From positions 1,178,001 to 1,242,000 of the forward strand of contig OZ287078.1 of assembly GCA_965645245.1 (NCBI GenBank): DNA of 64,000 nucleotides. Direction: 5' to 3'. This stretch comes from Massalongia carnosa. Lineage: Eukaryota. A program made the position numbers and the translations under genes. The notes below the pieces were generated by a model. It worked only from the letters and a program-made list of their open reading frames with translations, was not told the origin of the DNA and did not search any database. Below are positions 11,601-25,000 of this stretch, piece after piece. Positions within the stretch are counted from its first letter, which is position 1, and the number at the start of each line of letters is the position of its first letter.

Positions 11601-13789
11601 GCATATACCTTGTCACCCTGTTGAGCGCACAGACCGCTCAAATAGGGGGGAGCCTTTGGTTGAAAAGGTGGTCGGAGACCAACCAAGAATATGGGGGCAA
11701 CCCCGAGGTCGGTAAGTACCTTGGGGTGTATTTTGCCATTGGTATTGGATCGGCAGCGTTGGTTGTGGTGCAGACCCTCATCCTTTGGATATTCTGTTCA
11801 ATCGAAGCCTCACGGAAATTGCACGAGAGAATGGCCTTTGCAATATTTAGGGCTCCCATGAGTTTCTTCGAGACTACGCCGGCTGGGCGTATCCTCAATC
11901 GCTTCTCTAGGTATGTTTTCCCCTCTTGGTCGATGGTGGCGGTGGGATTCCCTCGTCTCGATTTCCGCGGCAGTTGAGCTTCAGAGGCGAAGATGTTTAC
12001 GAAGGCCTACCAGGCAAAGTTTTTAACTTCCTGCTCTTGCCCCGATTGATTATCTAGCATTAGCTTTCTCGCTGTGCGGTTGCATGATATCGGTCTCAAC
12101 ACCTGCAGGTAAAAGGTTCTGGCTGATTTAGGCTTAGTGACATTTATCGTATTGATGAAGTTTTAGCGAGGACTTTCAATATGGTTAGCACATTCCCTTA
12201 AACGGTATATTATGACACGCACAGCTAACGTTTCGGGATCCAGCTTTTTGTAAATACTGCGCGAGCTCTGTATACACTGATTCTCATTAGCGCCTCGACA
12301 CCAGCGTTTATCGTGCTGATTATACCCTTGGGAGCGGTCTACATTTACATTCAACGATATTACTTGCGTACTTCTAGGGAACTGAAACGCCTTGACAGCA
12401 TAAGCAGAAGTCCTATATACGCCCATTTTCAAGAATCCCTTGGTGGAATAACTACCATTCGCGCGTATCGCCAACAACCAAGGTTTTCTTTGGAGAATGA
12501 ATGGCGTGTGGACGCCAATCTCCGGGCATATTTCCCTTCAATCAATGCAAACAGATGGCTAGCGGTTCGTCTGGAGTTTATCGGCTCCTTCATCATTCTC
12601 GCTGCCGCATCGTTCGCTATTGTTTCTGTGGCAATGGGAAGTAGCTTATCAGCAGGAATGGTGGGTCTAGCCATGTCCTATGCCTTGCAAATCACTCAAA
12701 GTCTGAACTGGGTCGTTCGTCAAACCGTAGAGGTTGAGACAAATATCGTCTCGGTGGAGCGTGTTTTGGAGTATTCCAGGTTGCCGAGTGAGGCACCCGA
12801 AGTTGTTTCAAAGAACAGACCCAAAATCAGCTGGCCAGCGCAAGGGGCTGTCGAGTTCACCAATTATTCCACCAGATATCGACCTGGATTGGATTTGGTG
12901 TTGAAGAATATCAACATCAGCATCAAAGCCCATGAAAAGGTCGGTGTAGTGGGCAGAACTGGAGCTGGTAAATCTTCTTTGACTTTGGCTCTCTTCAGAA
13001 TCATCGAACCCGTCACGGGAAACATCTCAATTGACGACCTCAACACATCTACCGTGGGATTACTTGATGTGCGGCGGAGGCTTGCCATCATACCTCAAGA
13101 TGCAGCCCTGTTTGAGGGGACCATACGAGACAATCTTGACCCTGGGCATGTCCATGATGAGACAGAGCTGTGGGCAGTTTTAGGTAAACCCTCCGGTGCT
13201 GATTTAACCGCACTTGTAAAATCGCTGCTAACACCAGAGTGCAATAGATCATGCAAGGCTGAAGGAGCATGTGTCAAGCATGCCCGGCCACCTTGATGCT
13301 CAGGTGTACGAAGGAGGTACGTAATTTTGATTTTATTAGTCGTCATTGGTTGATTTCATTGTACATGACCTGACCCACTCGATCATCAGGCTCCAACCTT
13401 TCTCAAGGCCAGAGGCAGCTTGTCTCGCTAGCTCGGGCGCTTTTAACGCCAACCAACATACTAGTTCTGGACGAAGCAACGGTATTGACTCCCCTGTTAC
13501 ATCGCACAGTTATGGGTTATTAACAGTTTTGATCTTCCAGGCAGCTGTGGATATCGAGACAGATGCGCTGCTGCAAACCACCCTGCGTAGCAGTATGTTT
13601 AAAGATCGTACCATTATTACGATTGCTCATCGGATCAACACCATCCTAGATTCCGATCGCGTTATCGTGCTAGATCATGGCTCGGTGGCAGAATTCGATA
13701 CACCGTCAGAACTTGTCCGTCAAAAGGGGCTTTTCTACGAACTTGTGAAAGAAGCTGGCTTGCTTGATAACATCGAGAGGCGAGGATAG
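8681..13789 (+). CDS. YCF1: Vacuolar ABCC/MRP glutathione-conjugate (metal resistance) transporter
   Basis: TMD0-TMD1-NBD1 (GRVGSGKSS, LSGGQKARL)-R domain (TLRRASTASF)-TMD2-NBD2 (GRTGAGKSS). Introns ~11911-12137, 12184-12243, 13184-13247, 13317-13389 and 13482-13540. Confidence 0.95.
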
Positions 13790-15250
13790 TACGCTGGACA
13801 GTAGGTACATCTGAAGTCATTGTAGCGATTCGACCACCGTATTTGCTTAGTTTTGCCAAAGTTCTTCTACTGCATTTACATCCCCGGTGTGCGCTTTCTT
13901 GTGGTGAAGTTGAATCGCTTTGGACTCTTTTACCGACCATTGGACAACCTGGCCCATGCGTTGCGAAAGCACTGGCTGCCGTTAGCTAACCAGGTTTTCT
14001 TCGAAGAGAGCATGAGGACCAAGGGACTTTGTATGCAAGGGTAAATAGGTAGCTTGGCACGGTGTGAGTTACAGAGTCCTCTGAAGCCTTGAAGTCTGTA
14101 CTCTGCATCCTGCCCGAAGATACCACCACATTCGAAACGTCGCTCCGGGGTACTCTGTATAAGGCGAGTCATACATCCAGATCTGCGTGCAGGAAATAAT
14201 TTGCCCCGGAAGGTAAGCCGGTCTTTCCCCGTGCCTCATGGGTCCCGTCATGCACCTAAGAAGCCGTGCGACCTTCCACCTCGACTGTGCATCTGAGAGA
14301 TCAGAAGTCGTTAAAGTAAGCGTTTCCTTGCCGATCTAAGAAACTCTCGTGGATCACCTGAATGGTGCGGAGAATATTAGGTCATACGATGCATTCCTGA
14401 TTCGGGGTGCTGTGCTTTGTTTCTCGGTGACACCGCATGGGTGCTAATGTGGAACTACATGAGGGTATTCAGCATGGACTTGAGGAGTTACATTCTCATA
14501 TGACGCTAGTTGCCACACAGGCAATGGAACCCTAGTTGTTTTATTTGGTTTCCACCACATTTCCATTTGTGGGGAATGATTGGCCCTTCTGCCCCAACCC
14601 CCGTTTTTCTCGAGCTCGTACGACGTACAAGACTATTCGTGATGTCAACTGGCTGCTCCCTGAGAAAATGCGGGTAGCGCACTATAGCACGGGGCCAAGA
14701 CCGCCTCGGATCTTGCGTCTCGCCGCACACCTCGCATATAATAGACGCGATCCGCAACGGTCATCAGGTACTGCTTTCGTCCAACAACATCGTTGTGCTA
14801 CGCAACCCTATCTCTCAACTCTCCACTATCGCTGGCTCATCTGAAACCTAGCCTTCTCGACTTGGTCAGTCATGCTTTTTGTGCCTGGACAGTCTTTCAT
14901 AGATTCCCATCAAGCGAGGAGGTATTCGCAAGATCAATGAAACCGCATTCGAACCGTGTTTCCTTGTCATTTTTAGCAATGGATGTTCTTCTCATGCACC
15001 CACTTTACCACCTCTCATGTTCTCTTTTTCTCATTTCCATCCGCATGGGATAGGCTTTCTTCCCCAAGATATATCAAGCTTCGTTGTTCGGTGTCAGTCA
15101 CCTACTGACATTTGCTTTGCGCCAGCCAGGGTAGCGTATATTTTAACCTAGGCTTTGAAAAAAATCATCTGAGACTCATTCCCTTCAACCTTCAGAGCTT
15201 CCTACCACCATTTTATCTGCTACTACATTTCAATCCATCTTTGGTTCGGC

Positions 15251-17012
15251 ATGGGGCAACTTCCGCGATTGTACAAAAGGGCACCCAAATATTTACCTCA
15301 GCAGGAAGCGTCTTCGGACAAGCAGTCAGCATGCTCCGGAGTTTTCGACCAACCGAGAACAGGCCCTGGAAATCATGACATACATGGGTGTCCCGGTGAG
15401 AAGTTATATTTTTCATGGGTGGTTTGCTCTTGAGAAATATACACTCGCTGATTACTAGCTCAGGGGTTTTCACAACCATGGGCTACCATCCAGAGTTCAC
15501 CCAAACAAGCATTCTATCGAGCCCGTGTAACTTTGCTAGTGGCAGAAGGCAGCGTCCTTCCTATACCCCGTTAAATCCCTTGGAGTTTGAGAGTGCGGAT
15601 GAACAGGATTGGGATGATTTGAAGAGCGTCCAGAGTCTTCAAATAACGATTGCCACCGAAAGCTTCTATACAACAATAGCCGTCAGCGACCGAGACAAGC
15701 TCATGGAGTTTTATAAAAGCCGACTAAATCTCATACAGGAAGTATGCATGAGAAACGTCTTGAAAGCATGGATAAAAGAAATCGTTCCTAAGAAACAAAA
15801 ACATCATCCTTACAATGGTGGGAAGAAGAAAGAGGAGGGCAAGAGGGAATATGGTGAAAAGAACCCGGGTGGTGTAACAAGGCCAGATTGGTGGCCTGAG
15901 GATATAAGACACCATGGGCCGGACCATTTACATAAACCTGGTCTGTTTCGTCAGTGTTTCGTTATTATATTATTGACTTTTCATTAGAGCGGTTTATCCT
16001 TGCAATGCACATTTTAAGTTTGTTTGATTTCAGTACTGAACGCTTGAGACAAAGCACAATGAACATTGCCTTGTCACTCGACGAACGGTTTCGGGTCAAA
16101 GTACCCGCTATACTCAATGAGATTTACGATGCCCGAAGAAGAGAGGAAAGTTTTGTTAATGGGGAGGGGGATGGTATGTGCGGCATCGAAAACCAAAAAT
16201 TGTGGATACTGCTGACGTACAGAGTACTAGGTGGTGATACGGAAGTTCATGTTAGGGTGCTTGGGCCTGACGATCGAAGAAGCGATAAAGGCAATGCGAA
16301 ATTAAAGAAGCCCAAGACGAACCGTGAATCGCCTCAGAACCAACAGGCTGTAAAGAAAAAAAGGAAAAGATCACCAAATAGGATTCTTACAACCCAAGCT
16401 CAATCAACAGCTTGCTCCTTTTCGAGCTTTCACTATTGTTCAAAGCCCAATGAACTTACTGCGGCACTAATGAACCGAAGTAATGCTCTGCCTCCAAACT
16501 ATGGCCATATAACACCAAATGACTTAGCAAACGAGGCATTCTTTCCACAGGTCCATAATCGTTCAACCGCTCCGCAGGGCAGGTCTTTGGAGCAGGAGAT
16601 TGAAAAATCCGATACTTTCCTGTTTTCATACCCGCAGAACCAGTTTCTGCCTAGGCCGTTGAATACTCCTGTTTCATCAACCTTTTCGGCCTACCCCTTA
16701 CATCATTCACATATTCCTGCTACAGCAGAAGTGAAGCGTGAATCTGGAATATTTGAAAACCCCTCCAAATCGTTCTGGTATGATAATGACGCTTCCGCGC
16801 GGCCTGAGATGGCTGGCTCCTACCTCCCAACACTTGTTCCACCAGATGATTCGTGGTGGACAATGGCCAGCCTATCGCATCAACAAATGCCGCCGCAAAG
16901 CAGTAGCACTATTTGTACGGGCGTGCTGGACGCCGAGGCTGCTCTTTTCAATGAGCTCTCATATCCTCGAAAGCGAGAATGTCGTTATGGACCTGAAAAT
17001 CGGCATATATAA
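15251..17012 (+). CDS. DUF2841 / YDR124W-like protein
   Basis: Characteristic QEVCMRNVLKAWIKEIVPKKQKHHPYNGG...PDWWPEDIRHHGPDHLHKP. Introns ~15396-15463, 15941-15987 and 16174-16230 give one frame. Start codon uncertain. Confidence 0.75.
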
Positions 17013-19500
17013 ATCGTCTATCTGCTACGTGTGCCAGCTACAACTTCTGTCTCACATTTTCATATCTTGCTGAATTATACCCTTCCTACATCTACAATTG
17101 GTCTCCTAAAAGTTCTTTAATACGGTTTAGCGCGTGCTCGTTTAGCTTAATTTCCTCTTCATAGCGATTTCTTATCTCGAGCGGATATCTTGGCTTTCAA
17201 TTGGTCTTGGAATCGGAACATTTTATACTTGGTAGCCTCGAATCAAAAGAAACGGCCTTTGGGTTATCGTCCCTCCCAAGCGAACATATGTACTTTCAAG
17301 GCGAATTTTCCTTTCCGCGCGGTAATCTACGATAGGATCTTCTCCGATTATAACGGCCTTTGCATAAGTACTCTTTGTGGCACCATCTGGTGATGGCGGG
17401 CTTTCTTCTTTGAGCGGCTCTTTTCTCATGCGCTGTACTTTCTTCTTTCATTCCCCTCTTAGCACCCTAAATTTTTTGTAGATTTTCAACAAACTCTGGC
17501 GTTTTTCTTTTGAAGGGAAAAGCTCGGATTTTTTAGATTTGGTGGGGTGGAGCCGATTTGCCTTGTTCTCTGTCTTTCTCTCTCTTACGCTTACTGTGGT
17601 TGTTATAGTTCACATTATATATATAGCTAGGTAGCCCCCTTTCTGACGAATCTTATAATAATCGCATGCATACTTTGGTATCCGTGGGGGGGTTTTTTTA
17701 TTGCTGTTTAGTTTAGGGAGAGGGGTCTTCATGATGCGGTGACACTCACTCTATCCCGCCCTTACGCCCATTCCTTTCTCTCCTTTTCCTACCAGCCCCT
17801 TTGTCCACACCTCCCCAACCAATCAATAACCCAACTGCTCCTTCCCTCTCTCTCTCTCTCCCTATCTTTCTCTATCATCTCCTCTGTTTCTCCCTCCGCT
17901 GCCACCCCCTAACCTCGTCTACCTGCATTTCCTCTTGGCTGCAATGATTTGTAAGCATAAGTGGTGAGGGAGAGGGAAAGGGGGAAAGGGTGGGGAGGGT
18001 CGTAGGCGGTGAATCTGAGGGAGGGAGGGAATTAGGGAGGGGACTGGGGGAAGGAGGATGAAATAGGAGACGCTGACTTAAGTTTTTTAGGGGGTTAAGG
18101 GGCGAGGGAAAGGGGCAACAATAATCCGGCATGGTTTAGGTAAGAGAAACAACGTCATGGCTGGAATGGATGGATAGCGAGTGTTTAGTTACCTGACTGA
18201 TTTTTCCGAAAGGGGAATTGGGACGTGGTAGCATTTGCCTAAGCGTTTTGCCATGCGAAGCAGATAATTCATCCCTCTTACTTGGAACGAACAGTACCAA
18301 AAGTGAAGGGAAGGTCCGGTCTGCACGGGGAAGATGGAAACAGATGGAGGCAGGGAGGTCGAGATTGTAATATCCGGGTTTCTTTTCTTTCTCTTTTTGA
18401 TAGGGAGGAGATATCGTACGGGGTGTTTACTTTTGAGGGGTTTGTATCGAATATACATAAGGTATGGGTTGATTAGTATCAGTGTCTATGATTTGGTAAA
18501 GATGGCCCAGACGAACACAACGCTGATCTGGGCAATTTTTTTTTTTTCACGCATTAAAAAAATGCTTTGATATGAGATGCGAATAAACCAGTGTTTGGGG
18601 GTGGGCTGATATCTGTTATACAGAAGAATCATGGTGGAATCATGAAAAGGCTGCTGTCTTGTAGCTCCAGAGTTACAGACGTAAGCGTTCCGTAATTTGG
18701 TATGAAGTGTTTGTCGCAACCCTCCATCAAGCATCAAACGAATCTTGCCTGTCTTTCAGTTCTGGAACATCAGGTAGGAATACGCTAGTAGCTTTGGGGA
18801 TACTCTTCGAAGCAGAGAAGCTCCACAGGATGGCAGGCCACCAACGTGCGAGGAATGAAATGGATTCCAACGCATGGTAACAATGACGCCAATAGAGAAG
18901 AGGCTAGATTTCAGAGATCTGGAAATAGAGTGTTGAGGTCTCGAAGCATTGAGGACTTGGAAAATAGAAGGAAAAATAAGGCATGCGGCGGGTAGTATAT
19001 AGCCAGATCAATCTCTTATCCACATCCTTGCTGCAAAGCTGTGAAGTATGTATTCATGTACTTCTGGAATACGCAAATGCATGCTAAACCAAAATCACAT
19101 CGTAACACTGCCCTCACCCAATGATTGTGTCAACTCTATTTCTGTTGCTGCCTACTGCCAGAATCCGTTAACTTGCAGCGTGCGGAACTCTGCAGAGCAT
19201 TGTTGGGATTAGTAGGATCTTTGTGCATCTGGCAATAAAGCGATTTAAAGACGCAAGAACGGTGCAAGTGTTGTCCTCGAGCGTAGAAGAAAGATTTAGG
19301 GGGGTTGACCTTTCCGGCTAAAATCCCAGCCACCATCGTCCGCGTCTAGTGTGGCTCAATTGTCTCTCGACTCATCTCCAGCGAAACATTCCAACCGCAT
19401 AGCTCGCTCATAATCGCAATTGGCTGGACCTTACGTAATTACCATCCTTGATGTTCCTACAACCGCAGCGAAACCAGTCCCTCGAGGGACCTCCGGCAAG

Positions 19501-22500
19501 ATGTCGACACCTCAAGGCTCTCGCGAAGTGAGAAACAGCCGTGGTCGAGGTCGTGGTAGGGGAGGTACGAGACCGAGGGAACGGGGCAATGATCTGAGAG
19601 ATGGCCGACGGGCTTCAAAACCCAGTACAGCCACCGATGGACCTCCGACGCAGCGCAGAGACCCCACTAACCAGAATGACATTCGTAACAAAGCATGGAG
19701 GGAGGAAGGAGGATCCGCTTCGCCACTACAAAACGGCAATGGGAGCAATGTCTCGAACAAGTCTATGGAGTCGCCAGCGAAACCACGCAAGGAGGACTGG
19801 CGCAATGCCGTCCTGGAGCCGTACAGTACCTATCAGAAGAACATGAGTGACCTATATCAAACGGTACGTCCATCAACTTCCTAATTACTAACTGGAGAGT
19901 ATTCATAGTGACTTCTGTGTTTCTTCGCTCCCAACAGCTTAAAAAGAACCGCGAGAAAGAGAGGAGAGATGCCATCAAGAATGGCTTTCTGGCCGACCCG
20001 GACAGACCCACATCGCTAGCCAATGCCATAACACCGGTGGGAACGTGTCAGGATATGTGTCCAGAGTTTGAACGAGTAGAAAGAATCGTGCAGCTGATGG
20101 TCGATGGATCCGAAAAAGTGAGGAAATTTACAATCTACGCCTAGTGGGCGAGGGCATATCTGATCGCTGCGCTAGGTCTTGTCTACATCGGGTACCAAAG
20201 TACCGTGGGAGGCGGGTATGGTGAAGAGGTTTCGAAGGTCTGCAGCCGGCTACGATGAGCAGCTCCCCTCGGATATCCGCCCCCCCCGAGTCCTTGAATC
20301 AACATTGAAATATCTGTTTGAGGAAGTTATTGGGGGGCCCCAACCACTGGCCCAGGTGCATAAGTTCGTATGGGATCGAACACGAGGGATTCGAAACGAT
20401 TTTTCCATACAGCAGGTGACCAAATTAGATGATCTGAAGGTTGCGATAGATTGCTTTGAGCGCATCGCGCGATTCCATATCCTCTCGTTGCATCAACTCT
20501 CTCAACCGGGTGAAGATAGTGGAGAATTTGATCACCACCAAGAGCGCGAACAACTTAACAATACCTTACTTTCACTCATATATTACTATGACGACAGCCG
20601 GTCCAAACTCACCTCACCGAATGAAGCCGAATTCCGGGCATACTGTATCCTATTCGAAATTCAAGACCAGCGACCAGACTTGGAAGACCGCGCCCAGAGC
20701 TGGCCTAGATCGCTCTTAGTGGACCCGCGAGTACAAATTGCACTAAAGTTGTACGCTGCAGCTGGGAATGTTGCAGATGACCAAGGACCTCTTCGGCCAC
20801 GTACTCCGTTTTCGATTGCCCAAGGAAACCCGGGACGCTTTTGGGCCTTGATACAATCTAACGCTGTACCATATCTCATGGCGTGTGTTGCAGAAATTTA
20901 CTTCAACTATGTTCGATCGACAGCATTAGAGACCATATGGAAAGCATACAAGGGTAGACGAGGTGGACCACAGAAAATGGAGGATTGGATATTAGCTGAT
21001 CTCACCCCTGCGCTTGGGTTCGATGACCAAGAACAGACCCAAGCTTATTGTGAAGATCATGGCTTTGTGATCGCTGAGAAAGAAAGCGGCGAAGCGTACG
21101 TGGATCTGGGGTCAGTGGTGGGCAAATACCTCTCAGGTTAGTCTCACAAGCTTAAAGAAATCCCCGGATACTGATTACCCAGACTCGAATCCTCGTCGCA
21201 AACAGATCTTCTCGAAGTCTTTGGTGGAGCCTAAAAGGCTAGGTCGGACCTTGCCCGCCGTTATTAATGGTTTAAGTGCATCTGAAGCACAAGCTCAGGG
21301 CTTGGTCGAGGGTGCCTCGCTTTCTGCGGCTTCATCTGAATCGAGTCCTGAGAATTTGTTTATTACCGGTGATTCTGATGGCGAACCGGAAAAAGCAGCC
21401 CCGGGACCAGACATCTCAACTTCAGAACACAATTCTATGAACAACGCCGTGAAGCTCAACTCAAGCCCCAACCCCTTCACACCTTCCTCTGTCATCTTTG
21501 GAGCTCCAACCGCTCGTGCTGACCCGTTCGCGTCCGCCAATACATTCGGAAAGCCAAATCCCCTTGGCTTGCCAGTGTTACAGCTCAGTAACCAATCGGT
21601 GGTGACGGATCCAGGCAGCTCCAATCCCTTCGGTCAAGGGCCTGCCAAATTTGATTTTCACAACGCAAAACCACTCGCAGCCACTACAAGCCATAGCGCA
21701 ATACCTTCGCCAATCCCGGCTCCAAATAAAGCAAATTTTAGTTTCTCTTCACCTTTGAATTTCACAGCAAACTCATCAAGCCCTGTGTTTAAATTCCCGT
21801 CGGTCTCGCACCCGCCAAAAGACGAATCTATCAATGGCGTCCAGAATGCCAGCAAGGCACTAGCGGAGACTTCAAAGCCATCGCCATCACCATTCTCTTT
21901 TCCGAAAAAGGCAGACTCCTCGTCTCACCTCGTCCCTCCAACGACGACCACCACACAACCTCCGACTTTACTTACATCGCCTTTCAATCCTTCAATCCCA
22001 CCCAAAGTAGCATCAACATCGAAAGCGTCATTACTTGCGTCATCCTTTACGTTCTCAAACTCTTCCACGCCTCCAACATTAACAGCACCGTTACTTGCAT
22101 CGTCTTTTACACTTTTGAACCCACTCACGCCTCCACCACTACCACCACCAGCAAACATAACTCCAACTCAGCCTCAGAACGTGTTGTCGAAACCAAACGT
22201 ACCTCCTGCGACAGAACAATCAGAAATACCGTCTGGTAGTTTCACTGCCAACAAAGCCAGCTTCATAGCCAGTGCCTCAACATCATCGAGCGCCTCAGAC
22301 CAAATTTCATTCTCCCGTGTTCCACCTATAGTTAATATTACTACAGCTAGGAAACCAGAGACGCAAAAGCTTCAAGCCGGGGCAAAGCCACTTTCACCAT
22401 CTTTATCAAGGCCCGCAGAGTCCTCCTTTGCTCCTTTGGTACATCCACCACACCAAATAAAGGCAACCCTTTCCCGACCAGATCCACGGCCAGCAGTTCT

Positions 22501-24064
22501 TGACGCGATAACGAATTCTCTAATGTTGGATAGTGGAGGACTGCTAAACCAATTCGTAGAATACACACTCTCGAACATAATTACCGATACGTTCCGTCAA
22601 TTGGAGGATGAGCGGTCCTGGGAAAAGGCTGGTTAGTGGTACCAAGAGGATGACTGAAACTTACTAAAGCTAACTCTCCTAGGTGAAATGCGTGTGGTTA
22701 TACTGTCGAATAAATACTTCAAAAAGTGGAAGAAAACTGCTTGGAAGCTGGGCCTTTTACGGAAAGGAAAAGAGCGAAGGAAGATTTTTGCAAATTCGGT
22801 CCGAGAATTATCCAAAAGCACTCGCAAGCAAAAGCTGTTTACCAGCACAACCAATACTTCGAGCATTGATGGTCGAGACAGCCGGCCAGGAAGTGGCAAC
22901 TCTGCCAATACTAACATGCTACCACCTCCGGTGCCAAAGAGTAAGCGCAACAGCCTTCCTACCAACCTGAAATACCCGCTGCCGAGTTTGGGGACAGCAT
23001 CATCGAGCAAACGAAAACGAGAGGGAGATTTAACAGATGCGCAATTCCGTGCCTCGCAACGCATTGAACATCATCACAAGCGTTCAAAGACTCTTAGCAA
23101 CCCCATTTCATCATCCACTGCACGATCCGGGGTATTCTCACCACATTCATCCCGTCTGGACTTCTCCCATCTCGGAGATGGCTCCATCCAAAGCCATATT
23201 ATGCTCCAAAAAGTCCGCCAGTTAGCCCCCAGCGTCAAAACCGACACCACCCGCACCGACTATTTCGAGCTTAAATCCCGGGGCATCGATCCCGATACTC
23301 CAGTTATACCTCGAACGAGCCGGAAACGCCACAGCGAAGATCCACAGCCAAACGGTATTAAAACCCGACAATCTTTGCCTTCAGACACCGGCACCGCAAG
23401 CACCTCAAAAATCCCACCCTTGAAACACAATCCAACGTCATCCCCGCCAATCTCAGCTTCCGCTCCTGAATCCAATGACTCCGACGAAGCCCTCTTCGCG
23501 CAAATTCGTGCAGTCCGTAAAGCCATGGCTGAAAACATAACCTGGATGCGCGCCGAGCGTGAGAAAGACGAACGGCGGGTTTCTGCCGCCAGGAGCAGCG
23601 TTCAGCAGCGCAGTCCGCCTTGCAACGAAACGGCCAAGGAGAAGCGGCTCCGGGAGTTTAAGACCACGCCATCGCGCACAGAGCAAAGGCTTCGGACTAC
23701 CAAGGCTAATGGATTGTTGCCGCCGGATTGGGACGGGTTTGCTTCTTTTAAAAGAGGGCCTAGGAATGCAGAGGGGAAAGGGGAGACCAAATTACGAAAG
23801 GTTGTTGGATGGGATCACCAGACTCAAAAGCCGGTGGCTGAGTTTGAGGATTGGGAGAATGGAGTTAATGATGATGATTATGACGATGATGAAGAGGAGG
23901 ACGAGGAGAATGAGGAGGATGAGCAAATCGACGAGTACAACGAGGATGAAAAAGACGAATATGAAGAAGAGTACCATGAACAACAATACTCCAACCGCAC
24001 CTTACCCTCTACTTCCCACCCCGGCCCCCAAGGTACCAGCATTGAAGACGCCATTGAGCTTTGA
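19501..24064 (+). CDS. SAC3: SAC3/GANP-family mRNA export factor (TREX-2 scaffold)
   Basis: GTCQDMCPEFER, VKRFRRSAAG...PSDIRPP, FVWDRTRGIRNDF, ERIARFHI and EAEFRAY motifs. Exons ~19501-19863, 19938-20117, 20176-21136, 21183-22631 and 22683-24064. Confidence 0.92.
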
Positions 24065-24800
24065 CCATTTCGCTCGCTTGCCATCTATCCATATTTCCCT
24101 CCTTCTCTGTATCTATCCCTCCTTGGCCCCGGAACTGACGCTTCAAACGCCCGCGGCTGGTTCCGACGGCCGAGTTCGCGCAGATGCATGCATACATACA
24201 TATCTGCGCAGGCGTGGCTTTGGGTAGCAGCAGCGCAGGCAGGAGCGGAATCGGTTAGGGAAGGCCGGGGGGGGGGCTCACTCATTTGTTTGTTTTGTTT
24301 ATCTTGCACAGCGTGGTGTTTTGATTGTTCGTTTGATTGGTTTTGTAGTTTTTTTTTTCCCTCTCGTCTTTCTTCTCGGAACCTGAGAAGAAGAGATAAG
24401 GGAAGGGTTGGGGAGGGGGGTATGCATGGTAGGGTAGAACATGACATGACATAGTATAGAAATCCGATGTGGGAAAGAGGGGGGGGGCGGGGATCCTATA
24501 GAAAACCCCTTTCTTCCGCTTCCCTATCTACCTAATCAACTTGTTCGGTGGAGAAGTCTTACTGGGCAGGGATGTGATGTAGTTGACTGACTGATTGAAC
24601 TAATTGGCTAATTTAAACCAAGGAAAGAAACGGACCGAATTGAGATAATACCACACATACTTTGCATCCAGCATCCAGCATGTATATATATTTTTTATTA
24701 TGTTAAAGAGCTCTCTCTCTCATCACTCCGATTATCTACTTACCGAGTAAGTATTTCCCATCTCTCCCCGCTCGCGTGTATGTATATATATATATATTTT

Positions 24801-25000
24801 NNNNNNNNNNNNNNNNNNNNNNNNNNNNNNNNNNNNNNNNNNNNNNNNNNNNNNNNNNNNNNNNNNNNNNNNNNNNNNNNNNNNNNNNNNNNNNNNNNNN
24901 NNNNNNNNNNNNNNNNNNNNNNNNNNNNNNNNNNNNNNNNNNNNNNNNNNNNNNNNNNNNNNNNNNNNNNNNNNNNNNNNNNNNNNNNNNNNNNNNNNNN
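24801..25000. other. Assembly gap (200 N)
   Basis: Run of N, next to an (AT)n microsatellite at ~24785-24797. Confidence 1.
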
